Virus record (IMG/VR): IMGVR_UViG_3300028840_001395
Coordinates: 124,001 to 188,000 of that record
Direction: 5' to 3' (one strand)
DNA: 64,000 nucleotides
Shown here: one piece after another, positions 35,955 to 45,102 of the stretch
How positions within the stretch are numbered: the first letter of the stretch is position 1
Layout: each line of letters opens with the position of its first letter
Notes under the pieces: model-generated
Seen by the model: only the letters and a program-made list of their open reading frames with translations
The model's database searches: none
What the model was told of the DNA's origin: nothing
Program-made: the position numbers and the translations under genes

Positions 35955-36170
35955 ATGGAGTCCAATGTTCATCTTCATGGGCTGTGGGTTGGTGACACGG
36001 TGAAGTATCCTCTCCGCCGGGGGGAGTCTCCTCCGGGTGAATTCTCGCGGGTGAGGTTGATCGACAGTCCGAATGACCTGGAAGCTGAGGGCGAGGTCAT
36101 TGGTGTTCGGGGGACGATGGTTCAGGTTCGGTTGGTCGAGGAGCCTCGGGAGTTCGATAGAAGGGTGTGA
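35955..36170 (+). CDS. Small beta-rich hypothetical protein
   Basis: GGAGGT RBS upstream; VGDTVKY...GEVIGV. Confidence 0.4.
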   Translation: MESNVHLHGLWVGDTVKYPLRRGESPPGEFSRVRLIDSPNDLEAEGEVIGVRGTMVQVRLVEEPREFDRRV

Positions 36171-36267
36171 CCAGGGCTTTAGCACCACCCGCTGCAATCC
36201 CGCAGCGGGCTTCGGGTAGAGGAGGTGCTGACACTCCGGCCCCTGGTCACGATTGGAGTGCTGACCT

Positions 36268-37020
36268 CTATGATACCCCACTGGACGCTTGTGCGGGTGG
36301 GCAGGCCATGAATTTCAGGGTGTCGTGTATATGCAGGGCGATGGAGTCTGCGTCGTGGGTGATCTTGTTGAGGTCATATCTGCCCGTGTCGGTGACGATG
36401 GGGCTGTGGAGGTAGAAGATGACGGCCATGTCAGTGGTGTCGGTGTCTTGGACTTCGAGCACCCAGGGCAGATGAGGGCCTCCGTATCGTCTATCGATGC
36501 AGCGGGCGATGACGTAGAGGGCCAGGATGGAGGCCGAAGTCATCCAGATGCCGAAGGGGTGCTTGCCGTGTCCACAGCAGGACTCGAAGGTCTTGATGCC
36601 GGGTACGTGGTTGAGGGCGTCACAGAGCCTTCGGCACTCGGGGTCGAAGTCGGGGTCGTGGTGATAGTCGAATCGGCCCCCCTGGGGGCTGGCCATTTGG
36701 AGGCCGTGGTCACGGCGTAGTTGCAGATGGAGCTTGTAGAGCCACGCTCGGTCAATGGCGTTGAACGTGGTGCTGGGAGCGTCGTCTTGGTGCTCCAGTA
36801 GGAAGTCGAGTCCGTTGCGGGTCATCCTGTAGCTGTAGGGGCCTCTGTCTCCCCAGTCTCCTTTGCCTGTTCTCATGAGGCATCCTCTGTCGTGGAGGCT
36901 CTTGAGGGCGGCGGAGACTTTCCGGGTTGGGAGGTTGAGCTTCTGGGCGAGGCTTCGGGCTTCGATGGCCGTGTCCAGGGCCGACAGTGCGAGGAGGACT
37001 TGTTCTTGTAGGGGGGTCAT
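36268..37020 (-). CDS. Winged-helix protein fused to a SCCGH-containing domain
   Basis: N-terminal ARSLAQKLNLPTRKVSAALKSLHDRG wHTH; C-terminal LN..PGIKTFESCCGH. Confidence 0.65.
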   Translation of the reverse strand: MTPLQEQVLLALSALDTAIEARSLAQKLNLPTRKVSAALKSLHDRGCLMRTGKGDWGDRGPYSYRMTRNGLDFLLEHQDDAPSTTFNAIDRAWLYKLHLQLRRDHGLQMASPQGGRFDYHHDPDFDPECRRLCDALNHVPGIKTFESCCGHGKHPFGIWMTSASILALYVIARCIDRRYGGPHLPWVLEVQDTDTTDMAVIFYLHSPIVTDTGRYDLNKITHDADSIALHIHDTLKFMACPPAQASSGVS

Positions 37021-37023
37021 GTG

Positions 37024-37254
37024 CTAGGGGCCTCCCGTGATGGTCGCGCCACCGGGCGCACCCGCGCTAGGGGCATCGCCGTCGAGGTTGATGGACAGGG
37101 CTTCTTGGATACCGAGGGCGATGAGGTTGACCACGGCGTCAGTTCGGGAGACGTGTTTCCCTGGCCCTGCGTGAGCTTGGAGTCTGGCCTGGTGGAATTC
37201 GATATCCCGTAGCAGTGGTTCGGGGATACGGACGGTGACTTGCTTGGTGCTCAT
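37024..37254 (-). CDS. Ribbon-helix-helix (Arc/CopG-like) DNA-binding protein
   Basis: KQVTVRIPEPLLRDI...VSRTDAVVNLI. Confidence 0.7.
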   Translation of the reverse strand: MSTKQVTVRIPEPLLRDIEFHQARLQAHAGPGKHVSRTDAVVNLIALGIQEALSINLDGDAPSAGAPGGATITGGP

Positions 37255-37271
37255 GGCTTGCCTCCCGTGCT

Positions 37272-37303
37272 CTATGCTACCCCGAAGTCGGAGTAGGTGA
37301 GTC
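37272..37303 (-). promoter_or_regulatory. Divergent class I-like motif embedded in an inverted repeat
   Basis: GACTCAC-N14-GGGTAGCATAG; overlaps ccgaagtcgg...ccgacttcgg. Confidence 0.4.
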
Positions 37304-37373
37304 CCCCGACTTCGGGAGGTTGCACGAGGTTGCTATAGACAGATGAGACCCCGGCAGAGGGCCGGGAGGGAGA

Positions 37374-37553
37374 TCACTTTTTCTTGGTCTGGCGCTTCTT
37401 GGCGACCTTGAGGTGGGTCTTGCAGAGCTTCTGGCCCTTGGCCTTGGGGCGTGTACAGCGCCGGGTCTTGTTCCCGTAGGCGGGCATGGGTATCTGCCAG
37501 GTACAGCGATCCTTGTTGGCGGGCAGGCTCCGACTCTCCGTGTAACCACTCAT
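37374..37553 (-). CDS. Small basic CCCH zinc-finger protein (59 aa, absent from ORF track)
   Basis: MSGYTESR...RCTW...RRCTRP...LCKTH...KKK; GGGAGG RBS. Confidence 0.6.
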   Translation of the reverse strand: MSGYTESRSLPANKDRCTWQIPMPAYGNKTRRCTRPKAKGQKLCKTHLKVAKKRQTKKK

Positions 37554-37660
37554 CTGTCCTCCCTCTGACTGGGGGTGCTTGACTTTCTTGTCAAGCCTAG
37601 CTCACTATCGGGGGTATAGTCAAGCTCGTGTTGGGGTAGGACTGGGTGGAGGGCTTCGGG

Positions 37661-38200
37661 ATGGATGATACGGCAGAGCGCAAGCAGGTCGCTCACGAGG
37701 TTGCCTTCGAGGAGGCCGCTTCGCGGGCGTATGACAAGGGTCAGACGAAGATCAAGCTCGATGTGGACATGGCCTACGCGGTGGCGATGAAGCTCAAGAC
37801 GCTTCGCCGGGAGAAGGAGCGTCGGGTCTACTATCAGGGCATCGTGTATGACGTGTGCAACCTGATCGACGTGAGTGGGCCGGGCGACCGGAACTCCGTC
37901 GTCAGCGGCACGGTGGAGCAGCCCTCGAATGAAGTCCAGAAGCACGTCCGGGCGCTGATTCAGCGGACATCCTCCAAGCAGGATACGGTCTGGCTGGCGA
38001 TGCACCAGGCGGTCGAGGACTTCGGTGGCGAGGAGGAAGGCATCTTCAATGCTGCGGGCTTCGGGGCAGCCTTGATGCGAATCGCTGGTCTCAAGGGGGT
38101 CATTGACGGGCATCTGGTTCGGGCTATCCTGTCCGGGCGCACGGATGTCGAGATCCTGAAGCCGGGCGACGCTCATTTCAGGCTCCTGGGAGAGAGATGA
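37661..38200 (+). CDS. Hypothetical protein
   Basis: GGAGG RBS, co-oriented block. Confidence 0.6.
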   Translation: MDDTAERKQVAHEVAFEEAASRAYDKGQTKIKLDVDMAYAVAMKLKTLRREKERRVYYQGIVYDVCNLIDVSGPGDRNSVVSGTVEQPSNEVQKHVRALIQRTSSKQDTVWLAMHQAVEDFGGEEEGIFNAAGFGAALMRIAGLKGVIDGHLVRAILSGRTDVEILKPGDAHFRLLGER

Positions 38201-38379
38201 TGGCCGTGATCGCGTCGAAAAAGGGTCTTGAGCTTCTGATGAGTAACATGGCCGAGATCAAGCCCGGCGAGTGGGTTCCGGCCAAGCCCTTGCCCGGCCC
38301 GCTTCGGGGGCGTCTGCGGGATGCGTGGGCCGTCCTGTGGGGCCGGGCGGAGGCGCTCTACTTCAAGGGGCAGCGATGA
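38197..38379 (+). CDS. Hypothetical protein
   Basis: Coupled overlaps. Confidence 0.5.
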   Translation: MMAVIASKKGLELLMSNMAEIKPGEWVPAKPLPGPLRGRLRDAWAVLWGRAEALYFKGQR

Positions 38380-38768
38380 AGGAGTGGGCGTGTGGGCCGA
38401 AGCTCAAGGAACTCATCTTCGAGGTCTGCGGCTTGACGGGCTCACGGGAGCACCTCGACCCCCAGCAGTGCCTCTTGCACGTCAAGAAGCACATGGGCGA
38501 GCAGTTGGGCTGGATTGCCCGTCAGGGCTGTGAGGATCCGAGTCCCGACGAGATGGGCCATAGAAGGGGCGTCTGCGGCCACTGTCCGCCCTGTGAAGCC
38601 CGTGACCGACTCCGCGAGGCTGGACTGCCGGTGCCGTTCCAATGTGCTGTCTGCGGGGCGACGAAGCCCTGTCGGCACGTCACGGTAGGTTCTCCCGAGG
38701 GTCCGGCGCGGGGCGTCGTGGAAGTATCAGGGGTGTCACCGCCCTTCAAGGAGCCGTGTGATGACTAA
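38376..38768 (+). CDS. Cys-rich hypothetical protein
   Basis: ATGA overlap; CGHCPPC, CAVCG..KPC. Confidence 0.55.
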   Translation: MKEWACGPKLKELIFEVCGLTGSREHLDPQQCLLHVKKHMGEQLGWIARQGCEDPSPDEMGHRRGVCGHCPPCEARDRLREAGLPVPFQCAVCGATKPCRHVTVGSPEGPARGVVEVSGVSPPFKEPCDD

Positions 38769-39231
38769 GGACTGCGACTTCCGCTCACCGACAAACTCGG
38801 ATGACACGATCTACTGCCATCGGCGGCAGGGCCAGCGTCCGGCGGCGACGTGCAACGAGGAGGCGTGTGGCGGCTGGGAGCACCAGGAGCCAGTGCCCGA
38901 CTACGAGGGCGACCTGAAGAAGCTCCGCAAGGGCTTGTGGAGCCTCCTGCCGGACTTCGAGAATACGGTCAGGCGCATGATCGATCTGCGTAGTGCCTCC
39001 CGCGACTTGCGGGATATCATCACGAGACTCAGGCTGCTGTTGGGGCCTCCCCGTGACGAAGATGAGGCAGCCTGCTACGGGGCGACGACCATCCGGCAGG
39101 CCGAGGATGCCCGGATTCTGGACGAGCTAGACCAGGCAGCGACGAAGGGCAACCACGTCCCGGAGGGCGATCAGTGCCAGTTCTGTGGGGTGGTCAAGCC
39201 CGTGATCGACAAGGAGCCGTGTGATGGATAG
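38758..39231 (+). CDS. Cys-rich hypothetical protein
   Basis: AAGGAG RBS; CQFCG..KP. Confidence 0.6.
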   Translation: MMTKDCDFRSPTNSDDTIYCHRRQGQRPAATCNEEACGGWEHQEPVPDYEGDLKKLRKGLWSLLPDFENTVRRMIDLRSASRDLRDIITRLRLLLGPPRDEDEAACYGATTIRQAEDARILDELDQAATKGNHVPEGDQCQFCGVVKPVIDKEPCDG

Positions 39232-40201
39232 CTGCAAGACCTGCCTGCGTCTGTATTCGTTGTGCAAGGGGTGCGGGCCTGATGACCCCGGCTGCCAGTG
39301 GCACACCGACCTGGACGGCACAGAGAGAATGGTTCCGGGGCCGGGCGGCAAGCCCGTGCGCTACGGCCCGGTGAAGCCGCCCGAGATGGTGCTAGTGCGG
39401 GCCGCAGAGGGTGGCCCGACCGTGGAAGCCCCCAAGGAAACTTGGGAGGAGATGACCGCCTCACCTCCGATGTCGATGGGCTGCCAGGTGGCCGGGCCGT
39501 CGCCGTGCCGTATCTGTGCGGAGAGCGAGCGTGTCGTAGAAGAGATGACGAACGGCCAGACCACCCCCTCGGGGGTTGACCAGGAGGCGGTGACTCGGGT
39601 GATGTCGGAGTTGCCCCCTGCAAAGCGGACTTCGGAGGAGTGTGACCGTGTGACTCCCACGGTGGGCTGGGAAGGCAAGCCCGCCAAGAAGGGTGAGGGT
39701 GAGCTTGAGCTTCCGCCACCCTGTTCTCCCGAGGAGGTTGAGAAGCTGCTTCAGGAGGGCATCGAGGCTGCTGCGGAGGAGCACAAGAGGGTGGCTCCGA
39801 TGCGGGCGAGACCGAGCCGGATGCCCCTGAAGTCGGGTCAGAAGACTGTGGGCGGAGAGATCATCGAGCACCTGGACAACTACCAGGCAGCCATTGACAG
39901 GATCGTGGGCGACGTGCGGCCCGAAGGTCGAAGGGACTTCACCAACATGCCTCCGTTGACCCCTGTGGAGGTCATCAGACGGTATCCCGAGCAGGTGATC
40001 GTTGTGGTTCAGAAGCTCATGGACGAGAACCTCAAGCTCAAGGAGGCGCTGAGGTTCTGGGATGACCTCGGTGTCCGCATCCGACGCGAGGGTACGGAGC
40101 CGGATGGCCCCGAGAACCTGCCGGACAACTGGCCGTGGATCTGCCAGTTCCTGAAGGAAGGCCAGAGACTCGCCCACCGCGCGTTGGGCAAGGAGAAGTA
40201 A
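39221..40201 (+). CDS. Hypothetical protein (326 aa)
   Basis: AAGGAG RBS; N-terminal CxxC cluster. Confidence 0.6.
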   Translation: MMDSCKTCLRLYSLCKGCGPDDPGCQWHTDLDGTERMVPGPGGKPVRYGPVKPPEMVLVRAAEGGPTVEAPKETWEEMTASPPMSMGCQVAGPSPCRICAESERVVEEMTNGQTTPSGVDQEAVTRVMSELPPAKRTSEECDRVTPTVGWEGKPAKKGEGELELPPPCSPEEVEKLLQEGIEAAAEEHKRVAPMRARPSRMPLKSGQKTVGGEIIEHLDNYQAAIDRIVGDVRPEGRRDFTNMPPLTPVEVIRRYPEQVIVVVQKLMDENLKLKEALRFWDDLGVRIRREGTEPDGPENLPDNWPWICQFLKEGQRLAHRALGKEK

Positions 40202-40202
40202 G

Positions 40203-40619
40203 ATGGGACTGCTTTGGACGACGAATCACAACCACCCGACGCGCACGGAGTTCGTGACCCGTGAGGTTCACGAGCATCGGGCACCCACGGATGAGAGTGT
40301 CCGGCTGCTCAACGAGATGCAGCAGAAGGCGGCGGAGAACCTCATCCGCACGGCGCACATCGAGGACAACGTGCTGCGGGACGCCATCGTGGGGGTGTCA
40401 CAGGACAAGTTCGAGGACTACACCGTCTGGTACCGCCTCACGGTCAATGGTCGTGAAGTGATGGGCGACTTCAAGATCCCCAACTACGACTTCAAGGTGG
40501 CCGGGGAGCAGATCATCTACGAGCGCATCATCGAGGAACTGACCCACCACATCATGGCGGGCCTCCGTGGCGGCATCGCCACGGAGATGATGAGCCTTCA
40601 GGCCCAGAGGACCCGATGA
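40203..40619 (+). CDS. Hypothetical protein
   Basis: AAGGAG RBS. Confidence 0.6.
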   Translation: MGLLWTTNHNHPTRTEFVTREVHEHRAPTDESVRLLNEMQQKAAENLIRTAHIEDNVLRDAIVGVSQDKFEDYTVWYRLTVNGREVMGDFKIPNYDFKVAGEQIIYERIIEELTHHIMAGLRGGIATEMMSLQAQRTR

Positions 40620-40840
40620 CCGGAGACTCGACCAGTAAGGAAGTGCTCAAGACGAGAATTCGTCTCCTGGAGCGCAAGTGCGAGCGGTATCACGATGAGG
40701 TCGAAGGCTACATGGATCTCATCAACACGTTGAAATCGAGACTCGGGGAGGCCCTTGGGGTCGAGGAGGGTCTTCGGGCGATGGAGCTTGTGGACCGGGC
40801 CGTTTTGGCACTCAAGGAGAGGGGAAATGGCGATGACTAG
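40616..40840 (+). CDS. Small coiled-coil protein
   Basis: ATGA overlap; heptad pattern. Confidence 0.55.
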   Translation: MTGDSTSKEVLKTRIRLLERKCERYHDEVEGYMDLINTLKSRLGEALGVEEGLRAMELVDRAVLALKERGNGDD

Positions 40841-41174
40841 CACCGGAGCGTTGATCTGCACAGCCTGTCAACAGGAGATCGGCGGGGCCTCGATCTGGGA
40901 GGGGAGTCTCCCCTACCATCCCGCGTGTGCTCCCTCGTCCATCCACATCGACCCCTCGGGGGTCTCACCCGAGGATGCGATCATGGCGGCAGCCTCGGTG
41001 GTCTGGGAGGCCGAGAAGGCGGACGTGATTGCCCGACTGTCGAAGGCATTGGGGGTCGAGGGGCCGGTCACCCTGGAGGGCTTGCTTCAGCAGGTCGAGG
41101 GGCGACTGGACGAGCATCGGGAGTTCACCCAGAAGCTCCGCGATGACGGTGTGGTCTGGAAGGGAAAGAGCTGA
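40827..41174 (+). CDS. Hypothetical protein with LIM-like CxxC...YHPAC
   Basis: GGAG RBS. Confidence 0.55.
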   Translation: MAMTSTGALICTACQQEIGGASIWEGSLPYHPACAPSSIHIDPSGVSPEDAIMAAASVVWEAEKADVIARLSKALGVEGPVTLEGLLQQVEGRLDEHREFTQKLRDDGVVWKGKS

Positions 41175-41257
41175 TGGCGTGGCCCGCGACGGTGTGCCCC
41201 CACTGTGGGCGTGTGCTCTACCCCTGGGTGCAGTACTGCTCCTGTAGGGAGCCGTGA
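41174..41257 (+). CDS. 27-aa zinc-ribbon peptide (absent from ORF track)
   Basis: MAWPATVCPHCGRVLYPWVQYCSCREP; TGATG-coupled at its start, stop overlaps the next ORF. Confidence 0.45.
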   Translation: MAWPATVCPHCGRVLYPWVQYCSCREP

Positions 41258-41946
41258 AGATGGCCGGTGAGTTCAAATGCCCATTCTGTGGGGCTACAGA
41301 GCCGTGCGCCCATGCCATCATGACCCGAACCTGCGGCGTGTGCGACGCCTTCATGCGGTATTCGGGCGAGTGTACGATCAAGGGCATCAAGGTTGACCCC
41401 AAGACCGAGATCCGTGTCCTGACAGACACGGGCGAGTGGAACTGCATCCGATACCCCCGCAATGAGAACCCCTGCCGGACGTGTGATAGGGGTGCCTTTT
41501 GTCGAGAGTGGCCCTATAGCCTTCGATGTGAGAAAGAGCGACGCCCGATGCTCGACATGGACAAGATCGCCAAGGGCCTTGGCGCGGAGCGGCGGGGCAA
41601 GGTTCCCAAACCCGGTGGGGGCTACTTCGGGGCGATGCAGACAGCGACGGAGCGTGTGACCCGGCGATACAGTCGGCACGTCCCGACCCCGGACGACTGG
41701 TATCCGACGTGGGCGAACGGGACGGCCAAGGGGTCGGTCATCCAGAATCCTCCGTGGCGGGGGACGATCCTGGTTCGGATGTGCTTCTGGGGTGCCGACG
41801 ACTTCGGACTGGAGAAGGACTTCCTGTTCGCGGAGGAGGATTCGTTCGGGGCGACCCAGCGATTCGAGTCGCTCAAGCGGCAGCTTGATGGTATGGCCAT
41901 CGTGACCCAAGAGGCCCTTCGGGAGATGGGCTTCGTGAACGCATAA
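41254..41946 (+). CDS. Mosaic Cys-rich hypothetical protein
   Basis: N-terminal CxxC clusters; internal MLDMDKIAKGLGAERRGKV...GYFGAMQ segment. Confidence 0.6.
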   Translation: MKMAGEFKCPFCGATEPCAHAIMTRTCGVCDAFMRYSGECTIKGIKVDPKTEIRVLTDTGEWNCIRYPRNENPCRTCDRGAFCREWPYSLRCEKERRPMLDMDKIAKGLGAERRGKVPKPGGGYFGAMQTATERVTRRYSRHVPTPDDWYPTWANGTAKGSVIQNPPWRGTILVRMCFWGADDFGLEKDFLFAEEDSFGATQRFESLKRQLDGMAIVTQEALREMGFVNA

Positions 41947-41956
41947 CAAGGAGAGA

Positions 41957-42397
41957 GTGATGACGAAGGCAAAGCGGACGAGAGCGAAGAAGGCGCACAA
42001 GGCCCGGCTTAGCCCGGCGATGCTCCTGTGTGCGGTGGGCCAGCGGGCGGTCAACTCCAAGGACTTCGAGTACGTCGAGATCCTCGACGCCAAGGGGCCT
42101 CTCCTGGCTGCGGAGATGAAGCGGCTGATCAAGGCCCAGGCCCCCTACCTGGGTATCGATGACTTCGCAGACCGGCAAGAGATGATCGCAGCGATGCCGA
42201 AGCGGTATCGGCAGACCTTCCTGTCTCCGGGCCTCTGGGTTCTGGGGGGTATCCCCAAGGCGGTCGAGCACGACGAACACAAGGGCAACGAGTCTGTCCC
42301 GCGTGTCTGCTTCAACGACAAGGAGAAGCTCACCTGGCGGCGTCCGCGAGAGTCCGACCAGTGGCCCAAGCGGCTGCACTGCGCGGGGAGCCTCTGA
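41957..42397 (+). CDS. Hypothetical protein
   Basis: AAGGAG RBS. Confidence 0.6.
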   Translation: MMTKAKRTRAKKAHKARLSPAMLLCAVGQRAVNSKDFEYVEILDAKGPLLAAEMKRLIKAQAPYLGIDDFADRQEMIAAMPKRYRQTFLSPGLWVLGGIPKAVEHDEHKGNESVPRVCFNDKEKLTWRRPRESDQWPKRLHCAGSL

Positions 42398-42603
42398 TGG
42401 CTGCCGTAGGTATCCGTCTCGCCGCGTTGGACGATTCCAGGACGTGTCCCGGCGCTTCGGTGTGCCACGAGGCTCCGAACTGCATTCTGGGGGATGGTGA
42501 CCGGCTTCCCACCGTCACGCTGTCGCAGCCCGACCATCCCGATGCGACCCTGGAGATCGTCTGCACCGAGTTCCAGATTCCGTGGCCCAAGGGGGTCGAG
42601 TGA
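42397..42603 (+). CDS. Small hypothetical protein
   Basis: TGATG coupling. Confidence 0.4.
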   Translation: MAAVGIRLAALDDSRTCPGASVCHEAPNCILGDGDRLPTVTLSQPDHPDATLEIVCTEFQIPWPKGVE

Positions 42604-43250
42604 GGGTCATCACCCTGGCCAGGAAGCCCTTGGTGGGGTCGGTAGCAGACAACGTGCTCCGGCACTCGACGGGCGGCTTGAACATCGATGCCACCCGCAT
42701 CGGGTATCAGAGCGACGCTGATAAAGCGTCTGCCACGCCGCAAGGATCATGCACGGCGATGAGTGGGCGTCTAGCTGGGAAAGTTCAGGGAGGTGGAGAT
42801 CGGTCGGAGTTCGAGCGGCCCCCCCAGAAGGGCCGTTGGCCCGCCAATGTCATCCTTGAGCACACTTCGGAGTGCCGTCAGGTCGGTACGAAGAAGGTCG
42901 AGGGATGGGACGACATTCGGGGCGGCAATGAAGTCGGGGAGGGTGGCCAGTTCGGGACGGACATCTATGGCGACTCGAAAGGCCGGACAAAGGCTACCCC
43001 CCGAGGCTACGGGGTCGAAGAAGTCCCGGCCTGGGACTGCCACCCCGAGTGCCCCGTCAAGGCCCTGGACGACCAGAGCGGCCCCGATAGAGGGGCCTTC
43101 GCACCCGTCAGGGGGTCAGAGCCGAGCGAAGCCGTCAAGACCGTGTACGGGCAACGTGAGCGCATAGAGGGCGTGTTCCACGGCGACACGGGTGGCGCGA
43201 GTCGGTTCTTCAAGCAGGTCGGAGGTGATGACCGTGCTGATCAGGAATGA
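42600..43250 (+). CDS. Stand-alone internal segment of a phage-type N6A/N4C DNA methyltransferase (no catalytic motifs)
   Basis: ITLARKPL.G.VADNVL.H.TGGLNIDATRI, GRWPANVIL, GGASRFF; no DPPY or FxGxG seen. Confidence 0.65.
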   Translation: MRVITLARKPLVGSVADNVLRHSTGGLNIDATRIGYQSDADKASATPQGSCTAMSGRLAGKVQGGGDRSEFERPPQKGRWPANVILEHTSECRQVGTKKVEGWDDIRGGNEVGEGGQFGTDIYGDSKGRTKATPRGYGVEEVPAWDCHPECPVKALDDQSGPDRGAFAPVRGSEPSEAVKTVYGQRERIEGVFHGDTGGASRFFKQVGGDDRADQE

Positions 43251-43701
43251 CAAGCAACGAGAGAAGTCGGTCAAGCTCCTCGGTGAGATGCAGGCCGAGG
43301 CGAAGGCCTTCAAGAAGAAGCTCCAGAGCGAGGGTCACACTCGGAAGGAGATCAAAGAGCTTCTCGATCCGATGATCAGCCAGTACGAGGATGTTCAGGC
43401 CGACATCGACCAGTACGACCGCTGGAAGGGTGGCGACCTCACTGACTTCGAGGCAGCAGACCTCGACCAACTGGGCATCTTCCTCATCGCTGCCCGAATC
43501 GCCAAGGGCGTGACCCAGCGCGAGTTGGCCGAGAGGTTGGGGGTCAACGAGTCCAGTGTGAGCCGGGACGAGCGCAACGACTACCACGGCATCACCATCC
43601 AGCGGGCCGTCAAGATTCTGGCGGCGCTCGATGTCAGCGTCGTGATCGACATCTGGCCCCAGCGGATTCTGCCACCTCCTGCCGACCACGCCGTGCCGTG
43701 A
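43228..43701 (+). CDS. XRE-family HTH protein (antitoxin-like)
   Basis: LIAARIAKGVTQRELAERLGVNESSVSRDE; GGAGGT RBS. Confidence 0.85.
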   Translation: MTVLIRNDKQREKSVKLLGEMQAEAKAFKKKLQSEGHTRKEIKELLDPMISQYEDVQADIDQYDRWKGGDLTDFEAADLDQLGIFLIAARIAKGVTQRELAERLGVNESSVSRDERNDYHGITIQRAVKILAALDVSVVIDIWPQRILPPPADHAVP

Positions 43702-44006
43702 GAGTCTTTGAGGGCGGCGAGCACGCTGCCGCCAAGGCCCGCCAGGTCGCCTCCACCAAGGGCACGATCACCATCTGGTTGACGGTGGACAGGGACGGCA
43801 AGGAGATCGGCTGGCTATACGGCCCCGAAGAGAAGTTGCTCCACATCGGACGCATCATCTACAGCCGGACGGGCAAGGTGTTCGTTATCGCACAGGTCGG
43901 GACAGAGCACCAGCACATCACCGTCTACCAGCCGCAGCTTCAGAATGCTATCAAGCTCTGTCGGTTCGGTGAAATTTCCGACGACCCCTACCGCCGTCGC
44001 CGTTAG
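43698..44006 (+). CDS. Hypothetical protein
   Basis: GTGA overlap. Confidence 0.5.
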   Translation: MRVFEGGEHAAAKARQVASTKGTITIWLTVDRDGKEIGWLYGPEEKLLHIGRIIYSRTGKVFVIAQVGTEHQHITVYQPQLQNAIKLCRFGEISDDPYRRRR

Positions 44007-44009
44007 ATT

Positions 44010-44035
44010 GTCTATGAGCCTCCTCTCCATAGGAG
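44010..44035 (+). promoter_or_regulatory. Class II motif copy (GTCTAT-N13-ATAGGAG), overlapping an RBS-sequestering hairpin
   Basis: gagcctcct...aggaggctc inverted repeat covers the AGGAGG of 44049. Confidence 0.45.
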
Positions 44036-44048
44036 TAGGAGGCTCAAG

Positions 44049-44678
44049 ATGACCACACTCGCGGACTGGACATTCGTCAATAAGACCGCCGCCGCCGATG
44101 TTCCACAGATCAGGCAGTGGGTGGACGAGTGGGAGACCGACGACTATCCCTACGGGCGTTTCCGCACCACAGCCCGCTGGTGGGTAGACAAGAAGGGCAA
44201 CAAGGCCCGCGTAGGCCGCACCACGGTCAACCCCAAGAACGGGCGGGTCAACAAGCCCAAGTACACCACCTACGGGGCTGCAGCGAAGCTGGGCGTGGGT
44301 GCTGACGGTCGGGTGTACATCTTCGTCGGTGGTCCGGGCCAGATCAGGGTCATGGGCGGAGACATGAAGTATAGCCTGGGCAGTGTGTTCACCGATGACC
44401 CTCGGTATGCCGAGTTCGCCAAGCGGCTCAAGATCAAGACCGTGGACAGCCCCAGTGGCGGGACGGCACAGGTCAAGAAGGTCCAGAATGGGGCTCTCAT
44501 TGATGGTCTCCAGGGGACTTCGATGAGACTTCGTGAGCTTCTTGACCTGGCGGGGCTGAAGTCGAGAGATCAGGCGGACATCGACAAGGTCAAGCGGAAG
44601 GACACGATCACACACACCCTCTGGACGGTCATCTTCAAGTCTGACCGCCCCGATTACACCATCCAGGTCAAGACCTAG
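44049..44678 (+). CDS. Basic hypothetical protein with N-terminal LADWTFVNKTA peptide
   Basis: AGGAGG RBS; N-terminus shared with 54864..55190. Confidence 0.7.
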   Translation: MTTLADWTFVNKTAAADVPQIRQWVDEWETDDYPYGRFRTTARWWVDKKGNKARVGRTTVNPKNGRVNKPKYTTYGAAAKLGVGADGRVYIFVGGPGQIRVMGGDMKYSLGSVFTDDPRYAEFAKRLKIKTVDSPSGGTAQVKKVQNGALIDGLQGTSMRLRELLDLAGLKSRDQADIDKVKRKDTITHTLWTVIFKSDRPDYTIQVKT

Positions 44679-45025
44679 TGCAGCGTCAGGCTGTGACCCA
44701 CCACGCGCTTCTCCCCCTGTAGCATCTTCGTCGCCACTTCCAGCGTCGTGATCTCTTCCAGCGTCAGCTCTCGCTCGGGCCGGTAGAGGGCCAGCTCGAT
44801 CTTCTGGGCCACGCTGGGCAGCGCCTCGGGCTGCTCCCGCTGGATGCGGTAGAGGAACTTCTCGGCACAGTCCAGGCAGATGTGGACGACCGTGTTGGGC
44901 GGATGGTCAGCCTCGATGACCCACACGTCATCACCGACCTTGAAGGCCTTGTCGCACTCGTCGCACTCAAGGTCAGGGGGTAGCTCGGGCCACCCCTGCC
45001 ACTCGCCGGGCATATCCAGATTCAC
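44675..45025 (-). CDS. Zinc-binding hypothetical protein
   Basis: CDECD...HICLDC; GTGA overlap. Confidence 0.55.
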   Translation of the reverse strand: MNLDMPGEWQGWPELPPDLECDECDKAFKVGDDVWVIEADHPPNTVVHICLDCAEKFLYRIQREQPEALPSVAQKIELALYRPERELTLEEITTLEVATKMLQGEKRVVGHSLTLH

Positions 45026-45102
45026 TGGCACACCGCCTGAACGACTCCCGTGGCGATCATCACCAGGGCGAATCCGATGGTCAGCACCATGACGGCCTTC
45101 AT
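45022..45102 (-). CDS. 26-aa hydrophobic peptide (absent from ORF track)
   Basis: MKAVMVLTIGFALVMIATGVVQAVCQ; ATGA/GTGA-coupled on both sides. Confidence 0.45.
   Translation of the reverse strand: MKAVMVLTIGFALVMIATGVVQAVCQ

Noticed and set aside
35838-36281. 147-aa minus-strand ORF
   Set aside because: No RBS and low-complexity translation; the plus-strand 35955..36170 ORF with an RBS is preferred.
38749-39225. 17-bp direct repeat caaggagccgtgtgatg giving two genes ending KEPCD
   Set aside because: Explained by a reused Shine-Dalgarno plus coupled start; no sign of mobility.
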